In this document: positions 1-13,809 of the stretch, piece by piece | Position numbering within the stretch: position 1 is the first letter of the stretch | Layout of the letters: every line of letters starts with the position of its first letter | Assembly (NCBI RefSeq): GCF_003334815.1 | Contig: NZ_QOWO01000012.1 | DNA length: 64,000 nt | Reading direction: 5' to 3' (one strand) | Origin: Escherichia coli | Lineage (GTDB): Bacteria; Pseudomonadota; Gammaproteobacteria; Enterobacterales; Enterobacteriaceae | Made by a program: the position numbers and the translations under genes | The notes under the pieces: generated by a model | What the model was told of the DNA's origin: nothing | The model's input: the letters and a program-made list of their open reading frames with translations, nothing else | Databases searched by the model: none

Positions 1-1306
1 GGTTTTGATGTTACCCAAGCTCGATTCACGCCAGATGACCGAGCTTCTGGATAGCGAACAGCGTCAGGGGCTGATGATTGAGCAGCATGTCGAAGCGGAG
101 CTGGCGAACGATCCGCCCAACGATTTAATGTGGTGGCGGCGTCTGTTCCGGGCGATTGATAAGTGGGCACCGCCAGGACAGCGTTTGTTATTGGTGACCA
201 CCGAAGGCCGCGTGATCGGCGCTGAACGCAGCGAAATGCAGATCATTCGTAACTTTATTGGTCAGGCCGATAACGCCGATCATCCGCAGAAGAAAAAGTA
301 TGGCCGCGTGGAACTGGTCGGTCCGTTCTCCGTGCGTGATGGCGAAGATAATTACCAACTTTATCTGATTCGTCCGGCCAGCAGTTCTCAATCCGATTTC
401 ATTAACTTACTGTTTGACCGCCCGCTATTACTGCTGATTGTCACCATGTTGGTCAGTACGCCGCTGCTGTTGTGGTTGGCCTGGAGTCTGGCAAAACCGG
501 CGCGTAAGCTGAAAAACGCTGCCGATGAAGTTGCCCAGGGAAACTTACGCCAGCACCCGGAACTGGAAGCGGGGCCACAGGAATTCCTTGCCGCAGGTGC
601 CAGTTTTAACCAGATGGTCACCGCGCTGGAGCGCATGATGACCTCTCAGCAGCGTCTGCTTTCTGATATCTCTCACGAGCTGCGCACCCCGCTGACGCGT
701 CTGCAACTGGGTACGGCGTTACTGCGCCGTCGTAGCGGTGAAAGCAAGGAACTGGAGCGTATTGAAACCGAAGCGCAACGTCTGGACAGCATGATCAACG
801 ATCTGTTGGTGATGTCACGTAATCAGCAAAAAAACGCGCTGGTTAGCGAAACCATCAAAGCCAACCAGTTGTGGAGTGAAGTGCTGGATAACGCGGCGTT
901 CGAAGCCGAGCAAATGGGCAAGTCGTTGACAGTTAACTTCCCGCCTGGGCCGTGGCCGCTGTACGGCAATCCGAACGCCCTGGAAAGTGCGCTGGAAAAC
1001 ATTGTTCGTAATGCTCTGCGTTATTCCCATACGAAGATTGAAGTGGGCTTTGCGGTAGATAAAGACGGTATCACCATTACGGTGGACGACGATGGTCCTG
1101 GCGTTAGCCCGGAAGATCGCGAACAGATTTTCCGTCCGTTCTATCGTACCGATGAAGCACGCGATCGTGAATCTGGCGGTACAGGTTTGGGGCTGGCGAT
1201 TGTTGAAACCGCCATTCAGCAGCATCGTGGCTGGGTGAAGGCAGAAGACAGCCCGCTGGGCGGTTTACGGCTGGTGATTTGGTTGCCGCTGTATAAGCGG
1301 AGTTAA
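1..1306 (+). CDS. cpxA: Sensor histidine kinase CpxA, 5'-truncated by the window edge (stop TAA 1304-1306)
   Basis: ORF 5..1306 translation has the H-box SHELRTPLTRL and ATP-binding G-boxes (DDDGPGV, GGTGLGLAIV); recognised as CpxA from about residue 25 onward, so the start codon lies upstream of position 1. Confidence 0.95.
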   Translation, partial: VLMLPKLDSRQMTELLDSEQRQGLMIEQHVEAELANDPPNDLMWWRRLFRAIDKWAPPGQRLLLVTTEGRVIGAERSEMQIIRNFIGQADNADHPQKKKYGRVELVGPFSVRDGEDNYQLYLIRPASSSQSDFINLLFDRPLLLLIVTMLVSTPLLLWLAWSLAKPARKLKNAADEVAQGNLRQHPELEAGPQEFLAAGASFNQMVTALERMMTSQQRLLSDISHELRTPLTRLQLGTALLRRRSGESKELERIETEAQRLDSMINDLLVMSRNQQKNALVSETIKANQLWSEVLDNAAFEAEQMGKSLTVNFPPGPWPLYGNPNALESALENIVRNALRYSHTKIEVGFAVDKDGITITVDDDGPGVSPEDREQIFRPFYRTDEARDRESGGTGLGLAIVETAIQQHRGWVKAEDSPLGGLRLVIWLPLYKRS

Positions 1307-1320
1307 ACTTCGCATTTGCA

Positions 1321-1401
1321 GGCAGGATAAGGCGTTTACGCCGCATCCGGCATTTGAGCAGGATGCCTGATGCGACGCTGATAGCGTCTTATCAGGCCTA
1401 C
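1321..1401. repeat. REP/BIME palindromic units between cpxA and yiiM
   Basis: ggataaggcgtttacgccgcatccggca and gcctgatgcgacgctgatagcgtcttatcaggcctac match the enterobacterial REP consensus. Confidence 0.85.
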
Positions 1402-1411
1402 ACTCCGGGGG

Positions 1412-2086
1412 TTATTTTCCCCACAACCGGCGGGAAAAATCTTCGATCTTGCCGCTCAGTCGGCGCTTTTGCATCGTCCGCGTCCAGCTTTTCGATAACC
1501 CGGCAGCGGAGAGTAAACGGTGATATTGATCGTCATCAAACGGCATATGCCATGCGATGGCGGCAGCCTCCTGCACGGTCACATCGCTGACACGGGAAAC
1601 CAACTCCAGCGGCGCGTCCGCAGACACTTTCCCTGGCGCTATCACGCTATACAACCACCCCACCTTACCTGTGTTTTGCATCAACTGCGCTATATCGCTG
1701 ATATCAAAATGGTAATTGAGTTTATAGCAAGGCGAGCGCGGCTGGCTGACCTGAATTAATGCCTCTCCCCAGCGGAAAATATCGCCCATATAAACATTAC
1801 TTTCCGTCAGGCCGTCGGTTGAGAGGTTTTCACCAAACGCAGGCGCAACAAACAACTCCGCCTGTTCCGGAAATTCCCGCGCCCAGTAGAGATAATGCTC
1901 ACGAGGATAATGACACAGCGCTCTGTCTGGCCCGCCGTGAACCTTTTTCTCCGCCTGCTCGTCACCTTCCAGCCCCAGCTCCGTCAGCATCAACTCACCA
2001 TCAACCTGGATTTTAGCAATTGCGCTGGGTTTGCCTTCGGGATAAGCCTGAATCTTGCCTGTGTATACATCAACCGGATATCGCAT
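1412..2086 (-). CDS. yiiM: MOSC-domain protein YiiM
   Basis: ORF 1412..2116; ATG at 2086 (MRYPVDVYTGKIQ...) with upstream GGAGAG gives 224 aa; translation recognised as YiiM. Confidence 0.88.
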   Translation of the reverse strand: MRYPVDVYTGKIQAYPEGKPSAIAKIQVDGELMLTELGLEGDEQAEKKVHGGPDRALCHYPREHYLYWAREFPEQAELFVAPAFGENLSTDGLTESNVYMGDIFRWGEALIQVSQPRSPCYKLNYHFDISDIAQLMQNTGKVGWLYSVIAPGKVSADAPLELVSRVSDVTVQEAAAIAWHMPFDDDQYHRLLSAAGLSKSWTRTMQKRRLSGKIEDFSRRLWGK

Positions 2087-2234
2087 CTGTTCCCTCTCCA
2101 CGAGAAATTTCCCCATTAGACCATATTTATTTTATGTCAGGCGTGCTGTTTTCGCGGTAAGTATCCAGGCAGGAACTCAATAGCAAACCGGACGAACGTT
2201 AGTTCATCCGGCTGTGGGGATTAAGGAAGCAGGT

Positions 2235-3218
2235 TTATTTCACCGTACCTAAAATTTCGATTTTCGCTGCTCTGGCTTTGACTTTACGTGACCAGATAGA
2301 GGTAAGAATTGGCACCAGAATCGAAGTCACAATGACCGCCGTCGCTACCAGCGAAGTTGCTGCCGGAGCCATCGGTTTAAACGCAGGCACCATTTCTGCA
2401 ATCAGCACAGGTGTCGCTACCGCGGCCCCTGCGGAACTGGAAGCGGCAATTCCGGCAGTGCCATCGCCACCGCCAATCAATTTATCGGCGATAATCAACG
2501 GAATACCGGTCACGATAATTACTGCCACACCCAACAGGATCCCCAGCAAACCAGTCTGGGCAATCACAGTCAAATCAATGGTATTGCCCAGCGCGAAGGC
2601 AAAGAATGGAATCAGCGTTTGCACCGCTTTGCTGAAAAATTCTCGCAATTCAGGGTCAAGGTTCCCCAGGGCAAAGCCCACCAGGAACGGTAATACTGCG
2701 CCGACGAAAACATGCGGTTCAAACGAGGCAATCCCGGCAGTGCCCAGAATAATCATCGTCATGAGCGGCCCGGACTCCAACGACATCAACACAAATGCCC
2801 CAGCTTCTTCTTTTGTGCCGTACTGCTGCATGATGGAAGCGTAAAGTCCGCCATTGGTCATATCCATCGCCGCCACCAGCGCCAGCGTTGAAAGTCCGGC
2901 AAAGAATCCAACTTCAACACCATGTTCCGGAATAATACGCGAGGCAATTGCCGCAACCACCCACGCGACGGCAATTTTAGTTACCACCAGCGTACCGGAT
3001 TTACGCAGTACCGTTCCCGTCGCGCTTAATTTTATTGACGCCCCCATGCAAAAAAACCACACCGCCAGAATGGGCACCGTACCGGTAATCATCCCGTTGG
3101 TGAATGATCCAAAATATTTCCCCGCCCCCGGCGAGAAGGTGTGGCACAGTGCGCCAAGGAATAGCGGGACGAGCATCATCCCCCCCGGGATTTTCTCAAT
3201 CGAGCGTTTTATCTGCAT
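2235..3218 (-). CDS. kdgT: 2-keto-3-deoxygluconate permease KdgT
   Basis: ORF 2235..3227; ATG at 3218 ([13 protein letters not shown]...) with AGGTGA SD 7 nt upstream gives 327 aa; hydrophobic polytopic membrane protein recognised as KdgT. Confidence 0.9.
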
Positions 3219-3394
3219 TTCCATCACCTGTCGGCATATTTTTAAGGGCTGATGCGTAATTCCTCAATGGAGCATCAGTGTTGATGGAAACGAAGATAGA
3301 CATTCATTTAATCAATAAAAGTGATCAAAACCACACCAATTGAAACGCTGTTTTATTTTTATCGGATCATTGTTTTTATTTTGAAATTGATCAC

Positions 3395-3422
3395 AAAAAA
3401 ACCACCGCCGTTGGCGATGGTT
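3395..3422 (-). terminator. Intrinsic terminator downstream of sodA
   Basis: Minus strand reads ccatcgccaacggcggtgg followed by a T7 run, about 55 nt after the sodA stop; the plus strand also shows hairpin plus T-run, so it may act in both directions. Confidence 0.7.
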
Positions 3423-3477
3423 CATTTTTTAAGCTGATATGCGGCCTATACGCCTCATTGCAGCAGGCGGCAAATGA

Positions 3478-4098
3478 TTATTTTTTCGCCGCAAAACGTG
3501 CCGCTGCTTCGTCCCAGTTCACCACGTTCCAGAACTCTTTAATGTAGTCCGGACGGCGGTTCTGGAATTTCAGGTAGTAAGCATGTTCCCACACATCCAG
3601 GCCCATAATCGGGAAGCCGGAAGCGCCAGAAATAGCTTCACCCATCAGCGGAGAATCCTGGTTAGCAGTAGAAACCACCGCCAGTTTATCGCCTTTCAGC
3701 ACCAGCCATGCCCAGCCGGAACCAAAGCGGGAAGCTGCCGCTTTTTCAAATTCTGCTTTGAAGTTATCAACGGAGCCGAAGTCACGTTCGATAGCCGCTT
3801 TCAGGTCACCCTGCAGGGTGGTGCCTTTTTTCAGACCTTTCCAGAACAGGCTGTGGTTAGCGTGACCGCCAGCGTTGTTGCGCAGTACGGTTTTCTTGTC
3901 TGCTGGCAGCTGGTCCAGTTTGGTGATCAGCTCTTCAACCGGCAGGTTGGCAAATTCTGGCAGGCTTTCCAGCGCCGCGTTGGCGTTGTTTACGTAGGTC
4001 TGATGGTGTTTGGTGTGGTGGATTTCCATGGTCTGCTTATCGAAGTGCGGTTCCAGGGCATCGTAAGCATACGGCAGGGATGGCAGGGTATAGCTCAT
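3478..4098 (-). CDS. sodA: Manganese superoxide dismutase SodA
   Basis: ORF 3478..4104; ATG at 4098 ([20 protein letters not shown]...) with GGAGATG SD; 206 aa; Mn/Fe-SOD signature DVWEHAYY present. Confidence 0.97.
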   Translation of the reverse strand: MSYTLPSLPYAYDALEPHFDKQTMEIHHTKHHQTYVNNANAALESLPEFANLPVEELITKLDQLPADKKTVLRNNAGGHANHSLFWKGLKKGTTLQGDLKAAIERDFGSVDNFKAEFEKAAASRFGSGWAWLVLKGDKLAVVSTANQDSPLMGEAISGASGFPIMGLDVWEHAYYLKFQNRRPDYIKEFWNVVNWDEAAARFAAKK

Positions 4099-4382
4099 AT
4101 TCATCTCCAGTATTGTCGGGCGGCCGATTGTTAATGCCGCGTAAGCAGTTGGTTCATTATAGTTAATTAAATGATATTGAAAATGATTATCAATGCCGTA
4201 CTTTTCGTAAGGGTATGGTTTTGCAGGAAAATGCCCGAGATGTGAAGCAAATCACCCACTTAATGCCGTGATTGCCAGTAAATCGACAACGGCGGCAACA
4301 GGCGAAAGGTTAATCGACAGCACGATTTTTACACTCATCTCGTCGGAGATGTGACGCGACGAAAAATGATGAGGATAAGAAG

Positions 4383-5417
4383 ATGAGTAACGCGATTACG
4401 ATGGGGATATTTTGGCATTTGATCGGCGCGGCCAGTGCAGCCTGTTTTTACGCTCCGTTCAAAAAAGTAAAAAAATGGTCATGGGAAACCATGTGGTCAG
4501 TCGGTGGGATTGTTTCGTGGATTATTCTGCCGTGGGCCATCAGCGCCCTGTTACTACCGAATTTCTGGGCGTATTACAGCTCGTTTAGTCTCTCTACGCT
4601 ACTGCCTGTTTTTCTGTTCGGCGCTATGTGGGGGATCGGTAATATCAACTACGGCCTGACCATGCGTTATCTCGGCATGTCGATGGGAATTGGCATCGCC
4701 ATTGGCATTACGTTGATTGTCGGTACGCTGATGACGCCAATTATCAACGGCAATTTCGATGTGTTGATTAGCACCGAAGGCGGACGCATGACGTTGCTCG
4801 GCGTTCTGGTGGCGCTGATTGGCGTAGGGATTGTAACTCGCGCCGGGCAGTTGAAAGAGCGCAAGATGGGCATTAAAGCCGAAGAGTTCAATCTGAAAAA
4901 AGGGCTGGTGCTGGCGGTGATGTGCGGCATTTTCTCTGCCGGGATGTCCTTTGCGATGAACGCCGCAAAACCGATGCATGAAGCCGCTGCCGCACTTGGC
5001 GTCGATCCACTGTATGTCGCTCTGCCAAGCTATGTTGTCATCATGGGCGGCGGCGCGATCATTAACCTCGGTTTCTGTTTTATTCGTCTGGCAAAAGTGA
5101 AGGATTTGTCGCTAAAAGCCGACTTCTCGCTGGCAAAATCGCTGATCATTCACAATGTGTTACTCTCGACACTGGGCGGGTTGATGTGGTATCTGCAATT
5201 CTTTTTCTATGCCTGGGGCCACGCCCGCATTCCGGCGCAGTATGACTACATCAGTTGGATGCTGCATATGAGTTTCTATGTATTGTGCGGCGGTATCGTC
5301 GGGCTGGTGCTGAAAGAGTGGAACAATGCAGGACGCCGTCCGGTAACGGTGTTGAGCCTCGGTTGTGTGGTGATTATTGTCGCCGCTAACATCGTCGGCA
5401 TCGGCATGGCGAATTAA
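4383..5417 (+). CDS. rhaT: L-rhamnose-proton symporter RhaT
   Basis: 344-aa ORF, ATG 4383 with GAGGA SD; translation recognised as RhaT. Confidence 0.95.
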   Translation: MSNAITMGIFWHLIGAASAACFYAPFKKVKKWSWETMWSVGGIVSWIILPWAISALLLPNFWAYYSSFSLSTLLPVFLFGAMWGIGNINYGLTMRYLGMSMGIGIAIGITLIVGTLMTPIINGNFDVLISTEGGRMTLLGVLVALIGVGIVTRAGQLKERKMGIKAEEFNLKKGLVLAVMCGIFSAGMSFAMNAAKPMHEAAAALGVDPLYVALPSYVVIMGGGAIINLGFCFIRLAKVKDLSLKADFSLAKSLIIHNVLLSTLGGLMWYLQFFFYAWGHARIPAQYDYISWMLHMSFYVLCGGIVGLVLKEWNNAGRRPVTVLSLGCVVIIVAANIVGIGMAN

Positions 5418-6262
5418 TCTTTCTGCGAATTGAGATGACGCCACTGGCTGGGCGTCATCCCGGTTTCCCGGGTAAACACCACCGAAAAATAGTTACTATC
5501 TTCAAAGCCACATTCGGTCGAAATATCACTGATTAACAGGCGGCTATGCTGGAGAAGATATTGCGCATGACACACTCTGACCTGTCGCAGATATTGATTG
5601 ATGGTCATTCCAGTCTGCTGGCGAAATTGCTGACGCAAAACGCGCTCACTGCACGATGCCTCATCACAAAATTTATCCAGCGCAAAGGGACTTTTCAGGC
5701 TAGCCGCCAGCCGGGTAATCAGCTTATCCAGCAACGTTTCGCTGGATGTTGGCGGCAACGAATCACTGGTGTAACGATGGCGATTCAGCAACATCACCAA
5801 CTGCCCGAACAGCAACTCAGCCATTTCGTTAGCAAACGGCACATGCTGACTACTTTCATGCTCAAGCTGACCGATAACCTGCCGCGCCTGCGCCATCCCC
5901 ATGCTACCTAAGCGCCAGTGTGGTTGCCCTGCGCTGGCGTTAAATCCCGGAATCGCCCCCTGCCAGTCAAGATTCAGCTTCAGACGCTCCGGGCAATAAA
6001 TAATATTCTGCAAAACCAGATCGTTAACGGAAGCGTAGGAGTGTTTATCGTCAGCATGAATGTAAAAGAGATCGCCACGGGTAATGCGATAAGGGCGATC
6101 GTTGAGTACATGCAGGCCATTACCGCGCCAGACAATCACCAGCTCACAAAAATCATGTGTATGTTCAGCAAAGACATCTTGCGGATAACGGTCAGCCACA
6201 GCGACTGCCTGCTGGTCGCTGGCAAAAAAATCATCTTTGAGAAGTTTTAACTGATGCGCCAC
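5414..6262 (-). CDS. rhaR: AraC-family rhamnose regulator RhaR
   Basis: ORF 5414..6436; recalled RhaR N-terminus [13 protein letters not shown] corresponds to a GTG start at 6262, 73 nt after the rhaS stop; C-terminal AraC-type HTH. Confidence 0.85.
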   Translation of the reverse strand: MAHQLKLLKDDFFASDQQAVAVADRYPQDVFAEHTHDFCELVIVWRGNGLHVLNDRPYRITRGDLFYIHADDKHSYASVNDLVLQNIIYCPERLKLNLDWQGAIPGFNASAGQPHWRLGSMGMAQARQVIGQLEHESSQHVPFANEMAELLFGQLVMLLNRHRYTSDSLPPTSSETLLDKLITRLAASLKSPFALDKFCDEASCSERVLRQQFRQQTGMTINQYLRQVRVCHAQYLLQHSRLLISDISTECGFEDSNYFSVVFTRETGMTPSQWRHLNSQKD

Positions 6263-6335
6263 CGTGGCTACCTCGGCCAGAGAACGAAGTTGATTATTCG
6301 CAATATGGCGTACAAATACGTTGAGAAGATTCGCG

Positions 6336-7172
6336 TTATTGCAGAAAGCCATCCCGTCCCTGGCGAATATCACGCGGTGACCAGTTAAACTCTCGGCGAA
6401 AAAGCGTCGAAAAGTGGTTACTGTCGCTGAATCCACAGCGATAGTCGATGTCAGTAACGCTGGCCTCGCTGTGGCGTAGCAGATGTCGGGCTTTCATCAG
6501 TCGCAGGCGGTTCAGGTATCGCTGAGGCGTCAGTCCCGTTTGCTGCTTAAGCTGCCGATGTAGCGTACGCAGTGAAAGAGAAAATTGATCCGCCACGGCA
6601 TCCCAATTCACCTCATCGGCAAAATGGTCCTCCAGCCAGGCCAGAAGCAAGTTGAGACGTGATGCGCTGTTTTCCAGGTTCTCCTGCAAACTGCTTTTAC
6701 GCAGCAAGAGCAGTAATTGCATAAACAAGATCTCGCGACTGGCGGTCGAGGGTAAATCATTTTCCCCTTCCTGCTGTTCCATCTGTGCAACCAGCTGTCG
6801 CACCTGCTGCAATACGCTGTGGTTAACGCGCCAGTGAGACGGATACTGCCCATCCAGCTCTTGTGGCAGCAACTGATTCAGCCCGGCGAGAAACTGAAAT
6901 CGATCCGGCGAGCGATACAGCACATTGGTCAGACACAGATTATCGGTATGTTCATACAGATGCCGATCATGATCGCGTACGAAACAGACCGTGCCACCGG
7001 TGATGGTATAGGGCTGCCCATTAAACACATGAATACCCGTGCCATGTTCGACAATCACAATTTCATGAAAATCATGATGATGTTCAGGAAAATCCGCCTG
7101 CGGGAGCCGGGGTTCTATCGCCACGGACGCGTTACCAGACGGAAAAAAATCCACACTATGTAATACGGTCAT
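6336..7172 (-). CDS. rhaS: AraC-family rhamnose activator RhaS
   Basis: 278-aa [26 protein letters not shown]... recognised as RhaS; cupin N-domain plus AraC HTH. Confidence 0.93.
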   Translation of the reverse strand: MTVLHSVDFFPSGNASVAIEPRLPQADFPEHHHDFHEIVIVEHGTGIHVFNGQPYTITGGTVCFVRDHDRHLYEHTDNLCLTNVLYRSPDRFQFLAGLNQLLPQELDGQYPSHWRVNHSVLQQVRQLVAQMEQQEGENDLPSTASREILFMQLLLLLRKSSLQENLENSASRLNLLLAWLEDHFADEVNWDAVADQFSLSLRTLHRQLKQQTGLTPQRYLNRLRLMKARHLLRHSEASVTDIDYRCGFSDSNHFSTLFRREFNWSPRDIRQGRDGFLQ

Positions 7173-10185
<3,013 letters not shown>

Positions 10186-10190
10186 ACACT

Positions 10191-10414
10191 GCCGGATGCG
10201 GCGCGAGCGCCTTATCCGGCCTACGGGTCGGCAACAGTTGTAGGCCTGATAAGACGCGACAGCGTCGCATCAGGCATTGATTGCCGGATGCGGCACAAGT
10301 GCCTTATCCGGCCTACAGGTCGGCAATAGTTGTAGGCCTGATAAGACGCGACAGCGTCGCATCAGGCATTGATTGCCGGATGCGGCGCGAGCGCCTTATC
10401 CGGCCTACGGGTCG
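10191..10414. repeat. Tandem BIME: about 2.4 copies of a 92-bp unit of paired inverted REPs
   Basis: gccggatgcggc...cttatccggcctac...gtaggcctgataagacgcgacagcgtcgcatcaggca recurs with period 92 (unit starts 10191, 10283, 10375). Confidence 0.9.
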
Positions 10415-10451
10415 TGCATCCGACAACACCGAATTTACAGGAACACAGAAC

Positions 10452-11276
10452 ATGCAAAACATTACTCAGTCCTGGTTTGTCCAGGGAATGATCAAAGCCA
10501 CCACCGACGCCTGGCTGAAAGGCTGGGATGAGCGCAACGGCGGCAACCTGACGCTACGCCTGGATGACGCCGATATCGCACCATATCACGACAATTTCCA
10601 CCAACAACCGCGCTATATCCCGCTCAGCCAGCCCATGCCTTTACTGGCAAATACACCGTTTATTGTCACCGGCTCGGGCAAATTCTTCCGTAACGTCCAG
10701 CTTGATCCTGCGGCTAACTTAGGCATCGTAAAAGTCGACAGCGACGGCGCGGGCTACCACATTCTTTGGGGGTTAACCAACGAAGCCGTCCCCACTTCCG
10801 AACTTCCGGCTCACTTCCTTTCCCACTGCGAGCGCATTAAAGCCACCAACGGCAAAGATCGGGTGATCATGCACTGCCACGCCACCAACCTGATCGCCCT
10901 CACCTATGTACTTGAAAACGACACCGCGGTCTTCACTCGCCAACTGTGGGAAGGCAGCACCGAGTGTCTGGTGGTATTCCCGGATGGCGTTGGCATTTTG
11001 CCGTGGATGGTGCCCGGCACGGACGAAATCGGCCAGGCGACCGCACAAGAGATGCAAAAACATTCGCTGGTGTTGTGGCCCTTCCACGGCGTCTTCGGCA
11101 GCGGACCGACGCTGGATGAAACCTTCGGTTTAATCGACACCGCAGAAAAATCAGCACAAGTATTAGTGAAGGTTTATTCGATGGGCGGCATGAAACAGAC
11201 CATCAGCCGTGAAGAGTTGATAGCGCTCGGCAAGCGTTTCGGCGTTACGCCACTCGCCAGTGCGCTGGCGCTGTAA
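10452..11276 (+). CDS. rhaD: Rhamnulose-1-phosphate aldolase RhaD
   Basis: ORF 10281..11276 runs through the REP array; true start is the ATG at 10452 ([25 protein letters not shown]...), 274 aa, class II aldolase. Confidence 0.93.
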
Positions 11277-11285
11277 GGAGCAAAC

Positions 11286-11600
11286 ATGATCCGCAAAGCC
11301 TTTGTCATGCAGGTAAACCCCGACGCCCACGAAGAGTATCAGCGTCGGCATAATCCCATCTGGCCAGAACTGGAAGCAGTGCTGAAATCTCACGGTGCGC
11401 ATAACTACGCCATCTATCTCGACAAAGCGCGTAATCTGCTGTTTGCCATGGTAGAGATTGAATCTGAAGAACGCTGGAATGCGGTTGCCAGCACTGATGT
11501 TTGCCAACGTTGGTGGAAATATATGACCGATGTTATGCCCGCTAACCCGGATAACAGCCCGGTGAGTAGCGAGCTGCAAGAAGTGTTTTACCTGCCGTAA
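11286..11600 (+). CDS. rhaM: L-rhamnose mutarotase RhaM
   Basis: 104-aa [33 protein letters not shown]... recognised as RhaM (YiiL). Confidence 0.93.
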
Positions 11601-11900
11601 TTGCCCAATGTGCCAGAGATGCCTCCGGCACAATATTTTAAATTTCGATTTGAAAAATTAAACATATTACATCTCCCGGTAAGTTATATTTCCCTGATAC
11701 ATTGTGAGTAAATCACAAAAATAATGAATAACCCATTAATGATTCATGTGGTTTATTTAAATAACCATTATGTGCATTACTCCGCAAATCTGACCTTTCA
11801 CTCTGTCTCAAATTGTCATTGTTTACCGACATATCGCCTCTCATCACTTAATCGCTCCACCATTACAATTGATTAAAATATATTTTATGGAGTCCGATTA

Positions 11901-12347
11901 ATGGCAGCTCTTACTGCAAGCTGTATTGACCTGAATATTCAGGGCAATGGCGCTTATTCCGTTCTGAAGCAGTTGGCGACAATAGCGTTACAAAACGGTT
12001 TTATCACCGACTCACACCAGTTCCTGCAAACCCTGCTGCTGCGCGAAAAAATGCACTCTACTGGATTTGGTTCCGGTGTCGCCGTGCCGCACGGTAAAAG
12101 CGCCTGCGTTAAACAACCGTTCGTATTATTCGCCCGCAAAGCGCAGGCTATTGACTGGAAAGCCAGCGATGGCGAAGACGTCAATTGCTGGATCTGCCTC
12201 GGCGTGCCGCAAAGCGGCGAAGAGGATCAGGTCAAAATCATCGGCACACTGTGTCGCAAAATTATTCACAAGGAATTTATTCATCAACTGCAACAGGGCG
12301 ATACCGACCAGGTGCTTGCCTTGTTAAATCAAACCCTCAGCTCATAA
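11901..12347 (+). CDS. frvA: PTS fructose-like EIIA component FrvA
   Basis: 148-aa ORF with the PTS EIIA(Fru/Mtl)-type histidine motif (GSGVAVPHGK); recognised as FrvA. Confidence 0.85.
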   Translation: MAALTASCIDLNIQGNGAYSVLKQLATIALQNGFITDSHQFLQTLLLREKMHSTGFGSGVAVPHGKSACVKQPFVLFARKAQAIDWKASDGEDVNCWICLGVPQSGEEDQVKIIGTLCRKIIHKEFIHQLQQGDTDQVLALLNQTLSS

Positions 12348-12357
12348 GGAAGTGGCG

Positions 12358-13809
12358 ATGGAGTCATCCTTACGTATTGTCGCGATCACCAACTGCCCCG
12401 CCGGGATCGCTCACACCTACATGGTGGCGGAAGCCCTGGAACAGAAAGCCCGTTCTCTCGGTCATACCATAAAAGTGGAAACTCAAGGGTCCAGTGGCGT
12501 TGAAAACCGCTTATCCAGCGAAGAGATTGCCGCTGCCGATTACGTCATTCTCGCTACCGGGCGTGGCCTGAGCGGTGATGATCGCGCGCGGTTTGCCGGG
12601 AAGAAAGTTTATGAGATTGCCATCTCCCAGGCGTTGAAAAATATCGACCAGATTTTCAGCGAATTACCGACAAACTCGCAGCTTTTTGCCGCAGATAGCG
12701 GCGTGAAGCTTGGCAAACAGGAAGTGCAAAGCGGTAGCGTGATGAGCCACCTGATGGCGGGCGTCTCTGCGGCGCTGCCGTTTGTCATCGGCGGTGGTAT
12801 CCTGGTGGCGCTTGCCAACATGCTGGTGCAGTTCGGTTTGCCGTATACCGATATGTCGAAAGGCGCGCCGTCGTTTACCTGGGTAGTTGAATCCATCGGT
12901 TACCTTGGCTTCACCTTTATGATCCCCATCATGGGCGCTTATATTGCCTCGTCGATTGCCGATAAACCGGCTTTCGCTCCGGCGTTTCTGGTTTGCTATC
13001 TGGCGAACGACAAAGCGCTGCTCGGCACCCAGTCGGGTGCGGGATTCCTCGGCGCGGTGGTGCTGGGGCTGGCGATTGGCTATTTCGTCTTCTGGTTCCG
13101 CAAAGTGCGCCTTGGCAAAGCATTACAACCGCTGCTCGGTTCAATGCTGATCCCGTTCGTTACTCTGCTGGTTTTCGGCGTGCTCACTTACTACGTTATC
13201 GGGCCGGTGATGTCCGACCTCATGGGCGGGCTGCTCCACTTCCTGAATACCATTCCTCCATCAATGAAGTTTGCGGCAGCGTTTCTGGTCGGTGCGATGC
13301 TGGCGTTCGATATGGGCGGCCCCATCAATAAAACCGCCTGGTTCTTCTGCTTCTCACTGCTGGAAAAACACATTTATGACTGGTACGCCATCGTCGGCGT
13401 TGTCGCGCTGATGCCGCCCGTCGCGGCGGGTCTTGCGACGTTCATTGCGCCCAAACTGTTTACCCGACAGGAAAAAGAGGCTGCCAGTAGTGCCATTGTG
13501 GTCGGTGCCACAGTCGCAACCGAACCGGCTATTCCTTACGCTCTGGCAGCTCCGTTGCCGATGATTACCGCCAATACGCTGGCGGGCGGCATTACCGGCG
13601 TGCTGGTGATCGCTTTCGGAATCAAACGTCTGGCACCTGGTTTGGGTATCTTTGACCCGCTGATCGGCCTGATGTCGCCGGTGGGTTCGTTTTATCTGGT
13701 GCTGGCGATTGGCCTCGCGCTGAACATTTCATTCATTATCGTCCTGAAAGGATTGTGGTTACGCCGCAAAGCGAAAGCCGCGCAACAGGAGCTTGTCCAT
13801 GAACATTGA
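12358..13809 (+). CDS. frvB: PTS fructose-like EIIBC component FrvB
   Basis: ORF 12352..13809; ATG at 12358 with AAGGAAG SD; N-terminal EIIB cysteine motif (ITNCPAGIAHTYM) plus polytopic EIIC domain. Confidence 0.85.
   Translation: MESSLRIVAITNCPAGIAHTYMVAEALEQKARSLGHTIKVETQGSSGVENRLSSEEIAAADYVILATGRGLSGDDRARFAGKKVYEIAISQALKNIDQIFSELPTNSQLFAADSGVKLGKQEVQSGSVMSHLMAGVSAALPFVIGGGILVALANMLVQFGLPYTDMSKGAPSFTWVVESIGYLGFTFMIPIMGAYIASSIADKPAFAPAFLVCYLANDKALLGTQSGAGFLGAVVLGLAIGYFVFWFRKVRLGKALQPLLGSMLIPFVTLLVFGVLTYYVIGPVMSDLMGGLLHFLNTIPPSMKFAAAFLVGAMLAFDMGGPINKTAWFFCFSLLEKHIYDWYAIVGVVALMPPVAAGLATFIAPKLFTRQEKEAASSAIVVGATVATEPAIPYALAAPLPMITANTLAGGITGVLVIAFGIKRLAPGLGIFDPLIGLMSPVGSFYLVLAIGLALNISFIIVLKGLWLRRKAKAAQQELVHEH

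Noticed and set aside
10191-10414. Possible CRISPR array suggested by regular direct repeats
   Set aside because: The repeat unit is 92 bp, built of inverted REP palindromes with no unique spacers of constant length and no cas genes nearby; this is a BIME array, not CRISPR.
10281-10451. N-terminal extension of the rhaD ORF through the REP array
   Set aside because: The extension is translated REP/BIME sequence; the conserved RhaD N-terminus begins at the ATG at 10452.
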